Part shown: one piece after another, positions 36,746 to 38,651 of the stretch
Layout of the letters: the number at the start of each line of letters is the position of its first letter
Position numbering within the stretch: the first letter of the stretch is position 1
Source: Candidatus Methylomirabilia bacterium
GTDB taxonomy: Bacteria > Methylomirabilota > Methylomirabilia > Rokubacteriales > CSP1-6
Direction: 5' to 3'
DNA length: 38,651 nt
Assembly: GCA_046758965.1 (NCBI GenBank)
Contig: JBHIBG010000018.1
Location: 1 to 38,651 of the forward strand
Position numbers and translations under genes: made by a program
The notes under the pieces: model-generated
Seen by the model: only the letters and a program-made list of their open reading frames with translations
What the model was told of the DNA's origin: nothing
Database searches by the model: none

Positions 36746-37675
36746 ATGCTCCAGATCTTCGCTCACGCCAACTACGACTTCATCGGGCGCCGGCGATGGG
36801 CCTACCTGCTCTCCACCGCCTTCGTCCTCGTGGGGCTTCTCCACATGGCCTCCCAGGGCGGCCTTCGGTACGGCATCGACTTCGCGGGGGGGACCTTGAT
36901 TCAGGTCCGGTTCCAGCGAGTCCTTCACGTGGATGAGGTCCGCCAGGCTCTCACCCGCATCGGGCTCGGCGGGTCGGTGATCCAGCAGTTCGGCGATCCC
37001 CGCGAGTACCTGATCCGGATCCAACTCGGCGAGGAGCCGCTCGAGGGGCTCACCAAGCGAGTCCAGGACGCCCTGGTGAGCTCGATCGGAGAGCTGGAGG
37101 TGCGACGGGTTGAATCGGTGGGCCCCCAGGTCGGACGAGACCTCCAGGTGCAGGCGGTCTATGCGGTGCTGGCCGGGATGGTCGGGATCCTGATCTACAC
37201 GGCGATCCGCTTCGACTTCAAGGGGGGGGTCGCGGCGATCCTCGCTCTGGTCCACGATGTGCTGGTGTCGCTGGGGGCGCTCTCCCTCGGCGGCCGGGAG
37301 CTCTCCCTTCCGGTACTTGCCGCCCTTCTCACCATCGTAGGGTACTCGATCAATGACACGATCGTGGTCTACGACCGGATCCGCGAGCACCGGGGCAAGG
37401 CTATGAGAAAAGGGCAGAGCCTTGCCGATATCTTCAACGCGGCGATCAACCAGACCCTTTCGCGTACCCTCCTGACCTCCGTGACGTCCTTCCTCGTCGT
37501 GGTGGTCCTCTATCTCTTCGGGGGGGAGGTGCTCCGGGACTTTGCCTTTGTGCTCCTGGTGGGGGTGGTGACCGGGACCTACTCCTCCGTCTTTGTGGCG
37601 GCGCCCGTCCGCGTGGACTGGGAGACCTGGGTCCAGGATCGGGCGCGGGGGAAGAAGGTCGTCGCAAAAGCCTGA
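36746..37675 (+). CDS. secF: Protein translocase subunit SecF
   Basis: GIDFAGG, ESVGPQVG, GYSINDTIVVYDRIRE, QTLSRT, GTYSS. Confidence 0.97.
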   Translation: MLQIFAHANYDFIGRRRWAYLLSTAFVLVGLLHMASQGGLRYGIDFAGGTLIQVRFQRVLHVDEVRQALTRIGLGGSVIQQFGDPREYLIRIQLGEEPLEGLTKRVQDALVSSIGELEVRRVESVGPQVGRDLQVQAVYAVLAGMVGILIYTAIRFDFKGGVAAILALVHDVLVSLGALSLGGRELSLPVLAALLTIVGYSINDTIVVYDRIREHRGKAMRKGQSLADIFNAAINQTLSRTLLTSVTSFLVVVVLYLFGGEVLRDFAFVLLVGVVTGTYSSVFVAAPVRVDWETWVQDRARGKKVVAKA

Positions 37676-37708
37676 TTGTCGTCGGGCCCAGCCTACCGGG
37701 CCGGTGCG

Positions 37709-37734
37709 TGGAGGACCAGAGAGACGGTCCTCCA
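37709..37734 (+). terminator. Possible terminator hairpin after secF
   Basis: TGGAGGACC-N8-GGTCCTCCA, 9-bp stem, no U-tract. Confidence 0.35.
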
Positions 37735-37794
37735 GTGATGCCTGGCGTCGTCGGAGTTCCCTGAAGAGCGGCCAACTGGGGCTGGAGCGAACCC

Positions 37795-38247
37795 ATGATC
37801 CGGTCGGTGCTGCTGGCGGTGGTCCTGATCATCGTGGTCCTGACGATCGCCGTCAAGCGCCGCAAGTCGCCAGTCAGGATCCGTCCCTCCTGGCGAAAAG
37901 AGTTCGGGATGACCCTGCTCGGGATGGTCGCCATCATCACGTGGTTGGCCTCGCGGACAATCATGGCCCGACTCGGGCTTCCGGAGACCGGGCCAGGTGT
38001 CGTCTATGAGCGATACATGGCTCTGCTGTTCGGGGCGCTGACGGCCGTGGTCGCCGCGGGCAAGCGACGCAACGTGGTGGCGTGGTTTGCAGGCGGGATC
38101 TGGATCCTGTTCGCCGCCCTCATCCCGCTCCTGTTCCTGTCGAAACTCTACGACGCGCTCTGCCCATTTTGCCGAAAAGGGATCATCGCGGAGGCGCGTG
38201 CTTGTCCCCACTGCCAGAGAGACCTTGGCCGTCTCGGCGCGGGGTGA
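37795..38247 (+). CDS. Hypothetical membrane protein with C-terminal zinc ribbon
   Basis: About four hydrophobic segments, then CPFC...ARACPHC; GGAG RBS. Confidence 0.7.
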   Translation: MIRSVLLAVVLIIVVLTIAVKRRKSPVRIRPSWRKEFGMTLLGMVAIITWLASRTIMARLGLPETGPGVVYERYMALLFGALTAVVAAGKRRNVVAWFAGGIWILFAALIPLLFLSKLYDALCPFCRKGIIAEARACPHCQRDLGRLGAG

Positions 38248-38265
38248 GGACAGGGGAGCGCAGCC

Positions 38266-38651
38266 ATGAGGCCTCGAGGATTCTGGATGAGGCAGCGGCA
38301 GTGGCACGCGATGCTCGCCGTCGTGCTCACAGTGGCTTCTGCCTCGGGGGATTTTGTCAGGGTGAAGGTGAAGACCGCGAACGTCCGGCTGCGCGCAGGC
38401 GTGGGCTACCCGGTCCTTCGCCAGGTTCACGAGAACGCTCCCTTGCGCGTGCTCGAGCGGCAGGGCGAGTGGTTGAAGATAGGAGACTTGGAGGGCCGCG
38501 AGGGGTGGATCTTCGGCCCCCTGGCGGATACGAAGCCCGCTCCTCATGTCGGGAACAGGTGTAGGGCTTTCCGAGGACATCTGGTACGAAGTAGGAGAAG
38601 AGGGACCGAAAGAGATCCTCCGCTATCCCGTGCGCGGGCACGTGATCGGTT
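38266..38651 (+). CDS. Secreted SH3b domain protein; frame open to window end, possibly truncated near 38543
   Basis: Not in the ORF track. Reads MRPRGFWMRQRQWHAMLAVVLTVASASGDFVRVKVKTANVRLRAGVGYPVLRQVHENAPLRVLERQGEWLKIGDLEGREGWIFGPL, a bacterial SH3 pattern. Confidence 0.7.
   Translation, partial: MRPRGFWMRQRQWHAMLAVVLTVASASGDFVRVKVKTANVRLRAGVGYPVLRQVHENAPLRVLERQGEWLKIGDLEGREGWIFGPLADTKPAPHVGNRCRAFRGHLVRSRRRGTERDPPLSRARARDR

Noticed and set aside
25887..37675. yebC-ruvCAB-DUF2905-SpoIID-queA-tgt-yajC-secDF as a novel system
   Set aside because: Widely conserved housekeeping neighbourhood; only the oppositely oriented ADH interrupts it.

Overview
High-GC bacterial genomic DNA, mostly core genes, from a diderm LPS-bearing organism (kdsB, AsmA/TamB-like protein). 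Gene content and intergenic hairpins suggest Candidatus Rokubacteria/Methylomirabilota (inference only). Left to right: an accessory-looking patch (ABC substrate-binding protein C-terminus, dienelactone-hydrolase-family enzyme, small Cys-motif pseudogene, HNH nuclease, short direct repeats); sixA; a LivK-like binding protein; an aldolase-LLM oxidoreductase-kdsB operon; an actinobacterial-type Pup-proteasome locus (arc-dop-prcB-prcA-pafA); a DppA-like SBP-MFS-AsmA-like cluster; a SARP/BTAD-AAA-TPR regulator divergent from a hypothetical gene and an enoyl-CoA hydratase; then thioesterase-yebC-ruvCAB-DUF2905-SpoIID/LytB, a Zn-dependent ADH, and queA-tgt-yajC-secD-secF. The most striking observation is that the proteasome locus has no pup gene: the dop-prcB gap is only 67 nt yet keeps an orphan GAGGAGG ribosome-binding site where pup normally begins. 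No rRNA, intact tRNA, CRISPR array or transposase was seen.
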